DNA of 35,998 nucleotides, taken from contig QLUS01000003.1 of assembly GCA_018725535.1 (NCBI GenBank), positions 1 through 35,998 of the forward strand. Reading direction: 5' to 3'. The DNA is from Bacillota bacterium (GTDB taxonomy: Bacteria > Bacillota > UBA994). Each line of letters begins with the position of its first letter. The stretch's first letter is position 1. The position numbers and the translations under genes were made by a program. Shown here in pieces: positions 27,417-35,998 of this stretch. The notes below the pieces were generated by a model. The model saw nothing but the letters and a program-made list of their open reading frames with translations, did no database searches and was not told the DNA's origin.

Positions 27417-29804
27417 TTGATCGAGAAGCTTTCTTTACAAGAGCTCAAAGCTACGCCAATCGAACACATTTTTGCCTTTGAGACTACAGCCGAAGTGCCG
27501 CCGCTTGAGGGCATTATCGGGCAAGACAGGGCGGCGAACGCCCTAGCCTTTGGCCTACGCATGACAGACGAAGGGTACAATATCTATCTGATGGGTATCA
27601 CGGGTACAGGGCGGAACAGCTACACTAAGGCAATCGTCGCTGAACGCGCCAAAGAGCAGTTGACCCCAAGCGACTGGTGTTACGTCTACGATTTCGAACA
27701 TCCGGACAGCCCGATGGCCATAGCCTTTGCTCCGGGGTCAGGCGCGCTGTTCAAAGAGGGCGTAGAGACCTTTATTGCCCGTATTAGAGAGGATGTCCCC
27801 AAAGCCTTTGAAAGCGATGAGTTCCGAAATATGCGCAATGAAGCGGTCCAGCAGTTTCAGAGCCAGTCCATGGCCGTCCTAGAAAAGCTCAGTGCGCTCG
27901 CTAAGTCGCAGGAACTGCTTTTTAAGCCTACCGGCAAGGGCTACGTAACCATCCCTACCCTTGATGGTCAGCCTCTAAACGAGCAACGTCTGCAGGAGCT
28001 CGACGCGGCGACGCTAGAGCGCATCAACCAGCGTATACAGAGCTACCAAAAAGACGCGGAGCCCCTGTTTGAGGTACTCGGAACGCTAGAGCGCGAGGTG
28101 CAGGAAAAGCTGCAGGCACTAGAACGCAAGGCAGGCGCCTCGATTGTTTCCCCTCTACTTGAGGCTATTCGTAAAAAGTTCGAAGCAAACGAAGCCGCTC
28201 AGAAGTATCTGACACAGCTTGAGCAGGATATTTACAAGCACTTACGCCATTTTTATCCAGACGACGGGCAGAAAGACGAAGACAAAGCTGTTGCTGCCAT
28301 GCGCGCGCAGAGCAAAGAAGGCTGGGAGATAAAGTACAAAGTAAACCTGTTCGTCGACAACGGGCACATACAAGGCGCTCCCGTAGTCTTTGAAACGAAC
28401 TCCAGCTACTACAATCTTTTTGGCATGATTGAGTTTCAGCCCAGCATGGGCACGCTCATCACTAATTTAACCAAAGTGAAGGCAGGCTCGCTGCATCGCG
28501 CCAACGGCGGCTATCTTATCCTGCAGGCAGAAGACCTCTTTAGCAATGCGCACTCCTGGAAGGCTCTAAAGCGCGCAGTCAAAAACAGGCAGGCAAGAGT
28601 CGAAAACATACCTGACGGCAGCAGCGGCGTTATCACAGGACTAAAGCCACAGGCGATACCGCTTGACGTTAAAGTGATTCTAATCGGGAGCTACGAAATC
28701 TACATGCTCCTTTACCGACATGACGAAGACTTCCGCAAGCTGTTTAAGATCAAGGTAGATTTCGAAACAGAGATGGCGCGGCAAGACGAAAACATCATGA
28801 AGATGGCAGCATTTATCAGCCGACATTGCCGCGACAGAGGGCTTAGGAATTTTCACCGCGGCGCGGTAGCGGCGGTTATCGACTACAGCTCACGCCTTGC
28901 CGACAACCAAAACAAGCTCAGCACGCGCTTTAACGATATCGTGGAGCTCCTAGCGGAGGCAAATTCCTGGGCCGCGTTGGAGAAAGCGACACTTGTGGAA
29001 GAGCGGCATATCACTAAAGCACTGTACGAAAAGCGCTATCGCGCCGATAAATACGAGCAAAAGATTCACGAGCTCTTTGCCGACGGTACATATCTGATGG
29101 ATGTACAGGGCCTGGCGGTTGGACAGATCAACGGCCTCGCTGTCCTAAACATGGGCGACTATTCCTTCGGCAAGCCCGCCCGCATTACCGTGAACACCTT
29201 TACCGGCAAGAAGGGCGTTATCAACATAGAGAAGGAAGCGCAGTTAAGCGGGCGGATACACAACAAGGGCGTGCTGATCATTGGCGGATACTTAGGGGCT
29301 AAGTTCGCGCAGAAGTTTCCCCTCACCCTTACCGCAACTCTGTGTTTTGAGCAATCCTATGACGGGGTGGATGGAGATAGCGCCTCTAGCGCCGAGCTTT
29401 ATGCTTTGCTGTCAAGCCTCGCCGAAGTCCCGATTAAGCAAGGATTTGCCGTAACGGGCTCTGTTAACCAGAAAGGCGAGATTCAGCCGATTGGCGGCGT
29501 CAACGAGAAAATCGAGGGATTCTACCGCTTGTGCTTAAAGCAAGGGCTGACGGGCGAACAAGGGGTACTTATTCCCGTCCAGAACAAGCGACAGCTCATG
29601 TTGCACAGCGAAGTGCTGGAGGCGGTCAAAGCGGGGCGTTTTCACATCTACGCTGTGCGGACCATCGAAGAAGGGATAGAGGTGTTGACCGGCCTGCCTG
29701 CGGGCGAGAGAGACAGCGCAGGCGAATACACGGCAGGCTCTGTCTTTAGGCTGGTAGAGCATAAACTCGCGCAATTTTATCAACAGGCCTTAAATGAAGA
29801 ATAA
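27417..29804 (+). CDS. Lon-like protease (LonC/YcbZ-type; AAA-like domain plus S16 protease domain)
   Basis: 'IIGQDRA', 'DWCYVYDF', 'GSLHRANGGYLIL', 'EQSYDGVDGDSASSAEL', 'GGVNEKIEGF' (Ser-Lys dyad). Confidence 0.9.
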   Translation: MIEKLSLQELKATPIEHIFAFETTAEVPPLEGIIGQDRAANALAFGLRMTDEGYNIYLMGITGTGRNSYTKAIVAERAKEQLTPSDWCYVYDFEHPDSPMAIAFAPGSGALFKEGVETFIARIREDVPKAFESDEFRNMRNEAVQQFQSQSMAVLEKLSALAKSQELLFKPTGKGYVTIPTLDGQPLNEQRLQELDAATLERINQRIQSYQKDAEPLFEVLGTLEREVQEKLQALERKAGASIVSPLLEAIRKKFEANEAAQKYLTQLEQDIYKHLRHFYPDDGQKDEDKAVAAMRAQSKEGWEIKYKVNLFVDNGHIQGAPVVFETNSSYYNLFGMIEFQPSMGTLITNLTKVKAGSLHRANGGYLILQAEDLFSNAHSWKALKRAVKNRQARVENIPDGSSGVITGLKPQAIPLDVKVILIGSYEIYMLLYRHDEDFRKLFKIKVDFETEMARQDENIMKMAAFISRHCRDRGLRNFHRGAVAAVIDYSSRLADNQNKLSTRFNDIVELLAEANSWAALEKATLVEERHITKALYEKRYRADKYEQKIHELFADGTYLMDVQGLAVGQINGLAVLNMGDYSFGKPARITVNTFTGKKGVINIEKEAQLSGRIHNKGVLIIGGYLGAKFAQKFPLTLTATLCFEQSYDGVDGDSASSAELYALLSSLAEVPIKQGFAVTGSVNQKGEIQPIGGVNEKIEGFYRLCLKQGLTGEQGVLIPVQNKRQLMLHSEVLEAVKAGRFHIYAVRTIEEGIEVLTGLPAGERDSAGEYTAGSVFRLVEHKLAQFYQQALNEE

Positions 29805-29820
29805 GTGTGCCGCGCCCTCT

Positions 29821-31788
29821 TTATTCGCGTGTGCGGGGTGTTTTGGTCCACGCGATAGGATGCCTTCCCATCGCTTTTAGCACCATGGCGCTGGTATAAG
29901 GCACCGGAAAGAAGAAGGCGGCAAACGGCAGGAAGCACAGCTCCATGGCTACACCTACATTGCCATACCGCGTCAAGGGGCGGCCGGTGCGGTCAATGTG
30001 GGTGTAGTACCGATAGAAGGCATAAAAAGTAAAGCTAACGTACACCAGACGCAAGACATTAAGGAGCATGCGGTACACACTCGGCAGCACACTAGAGTCA
30101 GCGTTGCCGGTCAAGTACAGCACCAGCATAGTTGGCGGCAACAGCGTCACCGCTTGGTAGAATGTCCATTCCACAGGGCCTTTCAGCGCCAGCTGGCGTA
30201 GCAACCTCGTTTTGCGGGCTTTGCACCCCTCGGCCAAGCGAACCTTATCTAAGACCTGTAGGTGACCGGTGCCCCAGCGCAGTCGCTGTCTAAAGAAAGA
30301 CTTGAAGTGTGGCGGCGTTTGCTCGCTACTGGCGTAAGGCAGGTAGTCCGGCCAAGCGCCTGTGGTGAGGTAGGCACGAGTGCCCAGTTTTAGGTCTTCG
30401 GTGAGGATTTGATGGTCGTAACCCTTAAGCTCGACGAGGAGGTCGTAGTCCACATACAAATTGGTACCCCCCGCGAAGGGCAGTCGGCGAAAGACTACGG
30501 GCAAATACCAGTCATGGGCTATAGCCTGATACAGAGAGGCGATCTTGCTAAATGGCCCTATCGCATAGAAATTGCGCACTTGGAAAACAGGGCCCTGCCA
30601 AATGGCAGTACCGCTATCAGTAAGCTTTTTGTGCGCCACGTACAGTAAAACATCGCGTCTGGGACGGCTTTCGGCACCGTAGAAGCCGCAGACGGTAGTT
30701 TTTGGGGATACACTCCGCGCGAGGGCGTAGTTTAGCGCACGACCCTTCGTCGAAGGGACAGCAGCCCCTGTCAGCTCCCCGGGATACTGCCCATCGTAGT
30801 CAAATGGAACGGAAGTGTGCTTGAGCACGGGGGAACACGAGCCGATTTCTTGCTGCACACGGACCAGCACGTCTTGCGTGGTGGGAAAACAATATGCGTA
30901 AAGCTCTAGAGCTACTTCCTCTCCCTCTCCCCGGCTTAACATCTCCCGCAGGCGAGTCACCAAATCCGCAGCATAAGGGTGGTAAAGCTCGACAGCAAGT
31001 CCTGTGTCACGCGATGGTTGGCTTTGGTAGTGAAACTAATTACGGAACGCAGCAAGCGTTCATCTCGTTCACCGCACATTCTCGCAAAGGCCGCGACCAC
31101 CGGTAGCGTCAAGCAAAGATATAGGGTACAGACGAGCAATCTCCTTGTCATCGCATTCCGGGAAGGCCCGCCGGAGCAAGCAAAAAACTCTACCGATGCT
31201 TAGGCGACCGCGCGCAGCGATCAAATCCCCTGCCAACGTAGCGATGATGTCCCAGCAGTGCCATGTGTCGCCTCGTGTTAGCACCAGTGGGGTGAGCCAA
31301 GCGTGATCGCGCAGATCGCGCGTGCGGTACTCCCGCAGGGCCATTTCGCTTAGCACTCCGAGCGTAAGTACGCGGACATCAGTACGTCTAGCTTCCTCCG
31401 GAAGCTTGCCGCCCATAAAGGCCAACGTTTCCCGTACGACGATAGGGCGCAGGCGCGCACCTTCTAGGGCTTCTTTCTCGTCCGTCACCACTATGATTTC
31501 GTAGGCGGTTTTGGGATAATTGAGCGCAAACATGTGTCTAACGGTCTTCTCAATGACTTGCGCTTCGTTGCGGGCAGGGACTAAGATAGAGAAGAAAGGT
31601 ACTTCCTTTCCGTTCTTTGCTGCGAGAGCCAGGATGCCAGCCTCGTTCAGAGCAGGTCTTACGCGCCAATAGCGGCCCTCGCTGTATCGTTTCCACAAGA
31701 AAAAGCGGCAAAACATGAGAAAGAGTACGACATACATGGCTACAGCAACTAAGTAGATGGTTTGCGGTGTGGTCAAAATCGTCTTCAC
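29821..31788 (-). pseudogene. GT2-family membrane glycosyltransferase with two frameshifts (about 31122 and 30970)
   Basis: The N-terminal part has a TM segment, 'SILVPARNEAQVI' and 'VVTDEKE'. A middle segment in a second frame reads 'YLCLTLPVVAAFARM...'. The C-terminal part has 'STKGRALNY', 'GTNL', 'TEDL', 'RQRLRW' and 'WTKTPRT'. The D of the expected 'YDAE' motif is G. Confidence 0.8.
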
Positions 31789-31870
31789 CTCGGCGCACTA
31801 TTCTCCGTCAATAGTGTGTACCGCCACAAAGACGCTATCCGACGTCGCTAATGGAAAGGAATGGGTATAA

Positions 31871-32833
31871 ATGGCTGCGCCATCCCCGGTCATTCGCCGC
31901 TCCGATGTGCTAACCGCCCGCAAGGTGTTAGGCTCACGCGTGACTCGTACCCCGCTTATCTTGGCCGAAGCTGCCAGCGACATGCTAGAAGCGCGCATTT
32001 ACCTTAAGCTTGAATGCCATCAACGAACAGGAGCGTTCAAATACAGAGGCGCGTTGTATGCGGCCACCATGCTGCTTAAAGGTAAAGGCGGCGGGTTGAT
32101 CACCGCCTCAAGTGGCAACCATGCCCTTGGAGTGTGTATGGCCGCCGCTGAACTTGGTGTTAGGGCCACCGTCGTCATGCCAACAACCGCGCCTTTGGTA
32201 AAGATAGAACGCGCTAGGGCCTTAGGTGGAGAAGTCATCCTCCACGGCAAAGTGTACGACGAGGCTCGCGCACATGCGGAGGAACTGATCCGCTCACGGC
32301 AGGCGGTTTTCCTCCCTAGCTTCGACCATCCGCTGATCATGGCGGCTCAAGGCACGGTAGTGCTTGAGATAGAAGAAGAGCTACCCACCCTTGATACGCT
32401 TGTAGTCCCGATAGGGGGCGGCGGCCTGTTAGCCGGAGCGCTGGCAGCGAGGTCGGACCTAGCCGTATGGGGTGTACAAGCGATGGGGGCAGACTCCTTC
32501 GCGCGCTCTTTAGCTGCCGGGTGTCGTGTGGCTATCCCTCGCACCTCCACCTTTGCCGACGGCATCGCTCTGCTCGCCCCAGGAGAGCTGCCACTAACCC
32601 AAGCCCTTACCACTCCTCCAGAGATGGCAGTAGTCACCGATGATGAAATTCTAGCCGCCATGCGCCACTTGCTACTCTACGAACGGGTAGTCGCAGAGCC
32701 AGCAAGCGCGGCAGCCTTGGCGGCTCTGCTCACTGGCAAGATCCCCATTCGCGGGCGGACGGTGGCCGTGGTAATAACAGGCGGAAACGTGATGCCAGAG
32801 ATTATCTCCGCGGCACTGCGCGGCAGCTTATAA
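31871..32833 (+). CDS. Threonine/serine ammonia-lyase (PLP-dependent, catalytic domain only)
   Basis: 'LKLECHQRTGAFKYRGA', 'ASSGNHA', 'VPIGGGGL', 'EPASAAALAA', 'ITGGN'. Confidence 0.9.
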   Translation: MAAPSPVIRRSDVLTARKVLGSRVTRTPLILAEAASDMLEARIYLKLECHQRTGAFKYRGALYAATMLLKGKGGGLITASSGNHALGVCMAAAELGVRATVVMPTTAPLVKIERARALGGEVILHGKVYDEARAHAEELIRSRQAVFLPSFDHPLIMAAQGTVVLEIEEELPTLDTLVVPIGGGGLLAGALAARSDLAVWGVQAMGADSFARSLAAGCRVAIPRTSTFADGIALLAPGELPLTQALTTPPEMAVVTDDEILAAMRHLLLYERVVAEPASAAALAALLTGKIPIRGRTVAVVITGGNVMPEIISAALRGSL

Positions 32834-32850
32834 TACAAGGGGGATACGAT

Positions 32851-33354
32851 TTGAACTATCTTACGGCTACGGAGTTCTCCGTAATTATGGTTTTGCTCCT
32901 AGCGATTTTTGCCATCGGGCTGTCGACGCACGCAATCCGCGAGTTTCGGGCAGCGCGGCGCATGTACCGCACGTTTATGACGGGCACGACTGGGGGGAAC
33001 CTTGAAACGTTGCTTATGACCTTAGGGGAGCGCACGGCGCGCCTAGAGGGAGACGGCCTGTCGCAGGCGAGGCTGCTGCGCGAGATTGAGCAAAGGCTGC
33101 CTCTGGCTGTACAGCAAGTGGGGCTAGTGCGATTTAACGCCTATAGCGATACGGGAGGCGAGCTGAGCTTTGCCCTCGCCTTGCTGGATGCTTCCGGCAG
33201 CGGCGTAGTAATCAGTTCCCTCTACGGCAGAGCGGAGGCACGCGTTTACGCCAAGCCCATTAACGAAGGGCAGTCGACCTTCCCATTGAGCAGCGAGGAG
33301 ATTGCCGCAGTTGCACAAGCTAAGGCAAAAGCTAAGTCGTCGAAAAAAATGTAA
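32851..33354 (+). CDS. DUF4446 family membrane-anchored protein
   Basis: N-terminal TM segment, 'VGLVRFNAYSDTGGELSFALALLD...GVVISSLYGR...YAKPI..G.S...LS.EE'. Confidence 0.85.
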   Translation: MNYLTATEFSVIMVLLLAIFAIGLSTHAIREFRAARRMYRTFMTGTTGGNLETLLMTLGERTARLEGDGLSQARLLREIEQRLPLAVQQVGLVRFNAYSDTGGELSFALALLDASGSGVVISSLYGRAEARVYAKPINEGQSTFPLSSEEIAAVAQAKAKAKSSKKM

Positions 33355-33377
33355 TCAAACTGTGATTTTCGGGAGGA

Positions 33378-33397
33378 TTCGCGATACGAGTGGCGAA
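33378..33397 (+). promoter_or_regulatory. Putative sigma-H promoter upstream of the M23-bactofilin operon
   Basis: GGAGGATTC-spacer-GGCGAAT resembles the sigma-H consensus AGGA...GAAT. The RBS GAGAGGAG lies downstream near 33416-33423. Confidence 0.35.
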
Positions 33398-33431
33398 TCA
33401 TACTTCCTACGATAAGAGAGGAGTGGTGGTA

Positions 33432-34397
33432 TTGCACCCAAAACCAAGGGGTCCAAGTTCTGGGCTAGGGCAAGAATTCACCATTATGATTATCCCCCAC
33501 GGCCACGAGGAGACGTATGCGTTTCGATTGTCACAGCGGTGGGTGCAATGGGCGGGCATCGCCCTCATTGTGCTTTTGATTAGCTCCATTAGTCTGGTGT
33601 ACTCGTTGCGCCAGACCAAACTGCAATTAGCCACTTACCATGGCCTTTTAGCGGAAAACCGCCAGCAACAGGAGCATATTTTATTTCTCGCGCGGCAGAC
33701 TACAGAGCTCCAGGGGCAACTAGCCGAGATTCAAGCGCTCGACAATTCCATTCGCACCATGATGAGGCTTACCCCTGCCTCTGTCACAGCGGCGGTAACG
33801 CGCCTGACAGAAGACCAAAGCACCGCGCGTGAGGCGCGACTTAGCCTCCTTAGCCGCGGCACCAGTCTAGCCGCCACGATTTTGCGCACGCAGCAGAGCA
33901 TCGAGGAAATTAAAGAAGCTATTCCCGAGACCGAAGGTAGCCTGCAAGACCTTGAGCGCAAGGTGGAGCTGCAGCGCCGACGCGAAGCAGCCACTCCATC
34001 GCTTTGGCCAACCAGCGGCGACGTAACCTCAGGCTTTGGGCGCAGGCGCTCGCCATTTGGCGGTTCCTGGGAACATCATGAAGGCGTAGATATAGCAGCC
34101 CCGCGCGGCGCCTCAGTTTTTGCCGCCGCCAACGGGATTGTGCGTGTCGCCGGTTGGAACGGCGGCTACGGCAATGTCGTATTTATTGACCACGGGTTTG
34201 GCATGAGTACGGTTTACGCCCATTTGCACCGCATTAGTGTGCGTGTCGGGCAGCAGGTAACCAAAGGGCAGCAAGTAGGTTTGGTGGGCAGCACAGGCCG
34301 CTCTACCGGTCCACATCTCCACTATGAAGTCCGTGTGAATGGTCAGGCCATTAACCCCCTGCGGTTTTTACCCCCTACTACTACAGAGGGCAGGTGA
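33432..34397 (+). CDS. M23-family peptidoglycan endopeptidase (TM segment, coiled coil, M23 domain)
   Basis: 'FTIMIIPH' N-terminal motif, TM segment, coiled coil, 'HEGVDIAA', 'GYGN', 'YAHL', 'GRSTGPHLHYEV'. Start placed at TTG 33432 from RBS spacing. Confidence 0.9.
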   Translation: MHPKPRGPSSGLGQEFTIMIIPHGHEETYAFRLSQRWVQWAGIALIVLLISSISLVYSLRQTKLQLATYHGLLAENRQQQEHILFLARQTTELQGQLAEIQALDNSIRTMMRLTPASVTAAVTRLTEDQSTAREARLSLLSRGTSLAATILRTQQSIEEIKEAIPETEGSLQDLERKVELQRRREAATPSLWPTSGDVTSGFGRRRSPFGGSWEHHEGVDIAAPRGASVFAAANGIVRVAGWNGGYGNVVFIDHGFGMSTVYAHLHRISVRVGQQVTKGQQVGLVGSTGRSTGPHLHYEVRVNGQAINPLRFLPPTTTEGR

Positions 34398-34807
34398 ATG
34401 TTCTGTTCGGACAAAGTAAGGCGCGTGCAGATGTCAAAGATGAGCGGGCCAATGACAAAATAGACACCATTGTCGGCGCAGGCGCGGTTTTTACGGGCGA
34501 TCTCGATATTAAGGGCACTCTGCGGGTAGATGGCAAATATGAAGGTAAGATTACGAGTTCCGGCGATGTGGTGATCGGCGAAAGCGGGCAGCTTGTGGCT
34601 ACTGTGCAGGCGCGTAACCTGCAGGTGGCTGGCACTGTCAAGGGCGGGATTAAGACATTCGGTGTACTCGAAATCTCGTCCACGGGCAAAGTGTACGGCG
34701 ACATAGAAGTAGGTAAGGTCATCATCGCAGACGGTGCCATCTTTCAAGGGCAATGCCGAATGAACAGCGCCGAAGGGCAATCCGTACCCCCCGCGAAAAA
34801 AGAGTAG
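34394..34807 (+). CDS. Bactofilin (polymer-forming cytoskeletal protein)
   Basis: 'DTIVGAGAVFTGDL...LRVDGKYEGKI...VIGESG...GKVYGDI...IIADGAIFQGQCRM'. GTGA overlap with the M23 gene. Confidence 0.92.
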   Translation: MNVLFGQSKARADVKDERANDKIDTIVGAGAVFTGDLDIKGTLRVDGKYEGKITSSGDVVIGESGQLVATVQARNLQVAGTVKGGIKTFGVLEISSTGKVYGDIEVGKVIIADGAIFQGQCRMNSAEGQSVPPAKKE

Positions 34808-34813
34808 CAGAGA

Positions 34814-34837
34814 GCCCAAAGCCAGTGCGCTTTGGGC
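34814..34837 (+). terminator. Hairpin after the bactofilin gene (terminator or mRNA-stabilising stem)
   Basis: GCCCAAAGC-cagtgc-GCTTTGGGC is a perfect 9-bp stem, but the U-tract is weak. Confidence 0.4.
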
Positions 34838-34860
34838 CCTGATGTTTTGGAGGACATTGC

Positions 34861-35772
34861 GTGCAAGAAATAGCATTAATTGTAAATCTAACCGCTGGCT
34901 ACGGCAAGTGCCGATTAAAGTATCCTGAAGTGACAGCCTACTTAGAGCAACATGATGTCAAGGTAAAGAGCTTTTTTACGGAGAAGCGAGGACACGGCGA
35001 GGAACTAGCACGTCAAGCAGTCCGAGAGGGGTTTGACGTAGTTGTATCCATGGGAGGCGACGGCACACTCAACGAGGTCGTAAACGGCGTGGCAGGGTCA
35101 TCGGCGACACTTGGGTTTATCCCTGCGGGTGCCGGCAATGACTTTGGCCGGACTTTCGGACTTAAGAATGGCGAGGTCACCAAGGCGTGTCATGTGCTTT
35201 TGGACGGGCATGCGCGCGCTGTAGATTTGTGTCGGATCGACGCCCGGTATTTTATAAACGTCGCCGGGGCTGGCTTTGACGCTGAGGTCGGACATATGGC
35301 CAATGTTTGGGGTAAGCGCTATTTCTCGGGAGCTACCGCCTATATCGCCTCAATTTTACGCCAATTAGTCGCGTTTTCGCCGCGCGAGATGATAATCGAG
35401 CTGGATGAGCAGCGTATCTCTACTAAGGTTTGGATGGTGGCGGTAGCTAACGCGCGCTACTTCGGGGGCGGATTTATGATTGCCCCCACCGCAGAAATAG
35501 ATGACGGCTTACTTGACGTCTATATTATTCAAGAGACTTCGAAGGCGGGGCTCCTCATGGTGCTGCCGCGGGTGATGACGGGCGGCCATGTTTCTCATCC
35601 GGCAGTTCTGTTCTATCGGGCCAAACGTGTGAAACTAAGTTCCCCGTACGTGCTTGCGGCGCAAGCCGACGGCGAGCTAGTAGACCACCTGCCGCAGGAG
35701 TTCGCGATAACGGGCGAAAAGATCAACATGATCCTGCCTAGATTAGCTGGGCCGTCTGGACTCCCACGCTGA
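34861..35772 (+). CDS. Diacylglycerol kinase-family lipid kinase (YegS/BmrU-like)
   Basis: 'IVNLTAG', 'GGDGTLNEVVNG', 'IPAGAGNDF', 'GFDAEV', 'YFGGG', 'DDGLLD', 'ADGE'. Confidence 0.92.
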   Translation: MQEIALIVNLTAGYGKCRLKYPEVTAYLEQHDVKVKSFFTEKRGHGEELARQAVREGFDVVVSMGGDGTLNEVVNGVAGSSATLGFIPAGAGNDFGRTFGLKNGEVTKACHVLLDGHARAVDLCRIDARYFINVAGAGFDAEVGHMANVWGKRYFSGATAYIASILRQLVAFSPREMIIELDEQRISTKVWMVAVANARYFGGGFMIAPTAEIDDGLLDVYIIQETSKAGLLMVLPRVMTGGHVSHPAVLFYRAKRVKLSSPYVLAAQADGELVDHLPQEFAITGEKINMILPRLAGPSGLPR

Positions 35773-35998
35773 GGCAAACGTCAGAATGCCATCGGCTATA
35801 GTTTGGGCGAGTCGATATACGAGGTAGAGGCGGGTGTTTTGCAGCACAAAAGAGTTGTGGTGCTTGGCGCTGCGCGGGGCGGTAACTTCGTGTAGGTTAG
35901 TGGCGTGCACCGGCTGCTCAGGTGTGCCGTAAACACACAAGCCGGGCGGCTTTTTGTCCTTAAGCAATGTTCCAATGATGGGACCGAGGGCGTCACCC
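35743..35998 (-). pseudogene. yyaC: Spore protease YyaC (DUF1256) 3' part, with a large in-frame internal deletion; 5' end outside the window
   Basis: Translation from 35997: GDALGPIIGTLLKDKKPPGLCVYGTPEQPVHATNLHEVTAPRSAKHHNS|FVLQNTRLYLVYRLAQTIADGI. Both flanks are YyaC-like, but the central 'IAVDACLG...PGAGV...VGD...GIVNV' block is absent. Confidence 0.75.

Overview
This is the chromosomal replication-origin region of an endospore-former-lineage Bacillota (Clostridia-like) genome. The canonical origin backbone is intact. On the minus strand it runs (csd)-parB-parA-noc-rsmG-mnmG-mnmE-jag-yidC-yidD-rnpA-rpmH. On the plus strand it runs dnaA-dnaN-yaaA-recF-remB-gyrB-gyrA. There is a bipartite oriC (DnaA-box clusters on both sides of dnaA, DnaA-trios, AT-rich DUE) and two parS sites inside parB. 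The left flank holds a thrE-family exporter, a frameshifted pdaB-like deacetylase, a five-gene proline-dehydrogenase/sarcosine-oxidase-like flavo-iron-sulfur operon, an FmdB-like zinc ribbon and DUF554. The right flank holds a glutaredoxin-like protein, a decayed secreted repeat protein, lysA, a LonC-type protease, a doubly frameshifted GT2 glycosyltransferase, a Ser/Thr dehydratase, DUF4446, an M23 peptidase-bactofilin pair, a DAG-kinase-family lipid kinase and an internally deleted yyaC. Three signals stand out. (i) Five accessory genes, several linked to sporulation, are damaged while all core genes are intact, which suggests ongoing loss of the sporulation programme. (ii) An intergenic cassette of REP-like hairpin plus heptamer repeats lies upstream of lysA, with a second REP-like copy elsewhere. 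(iii) Gene order is consistent with an inversion around the origin. No rRNA, tRNA, CRISPR or transposase gene was seen. All family assignments come from motif recognition by eye, without database searches.
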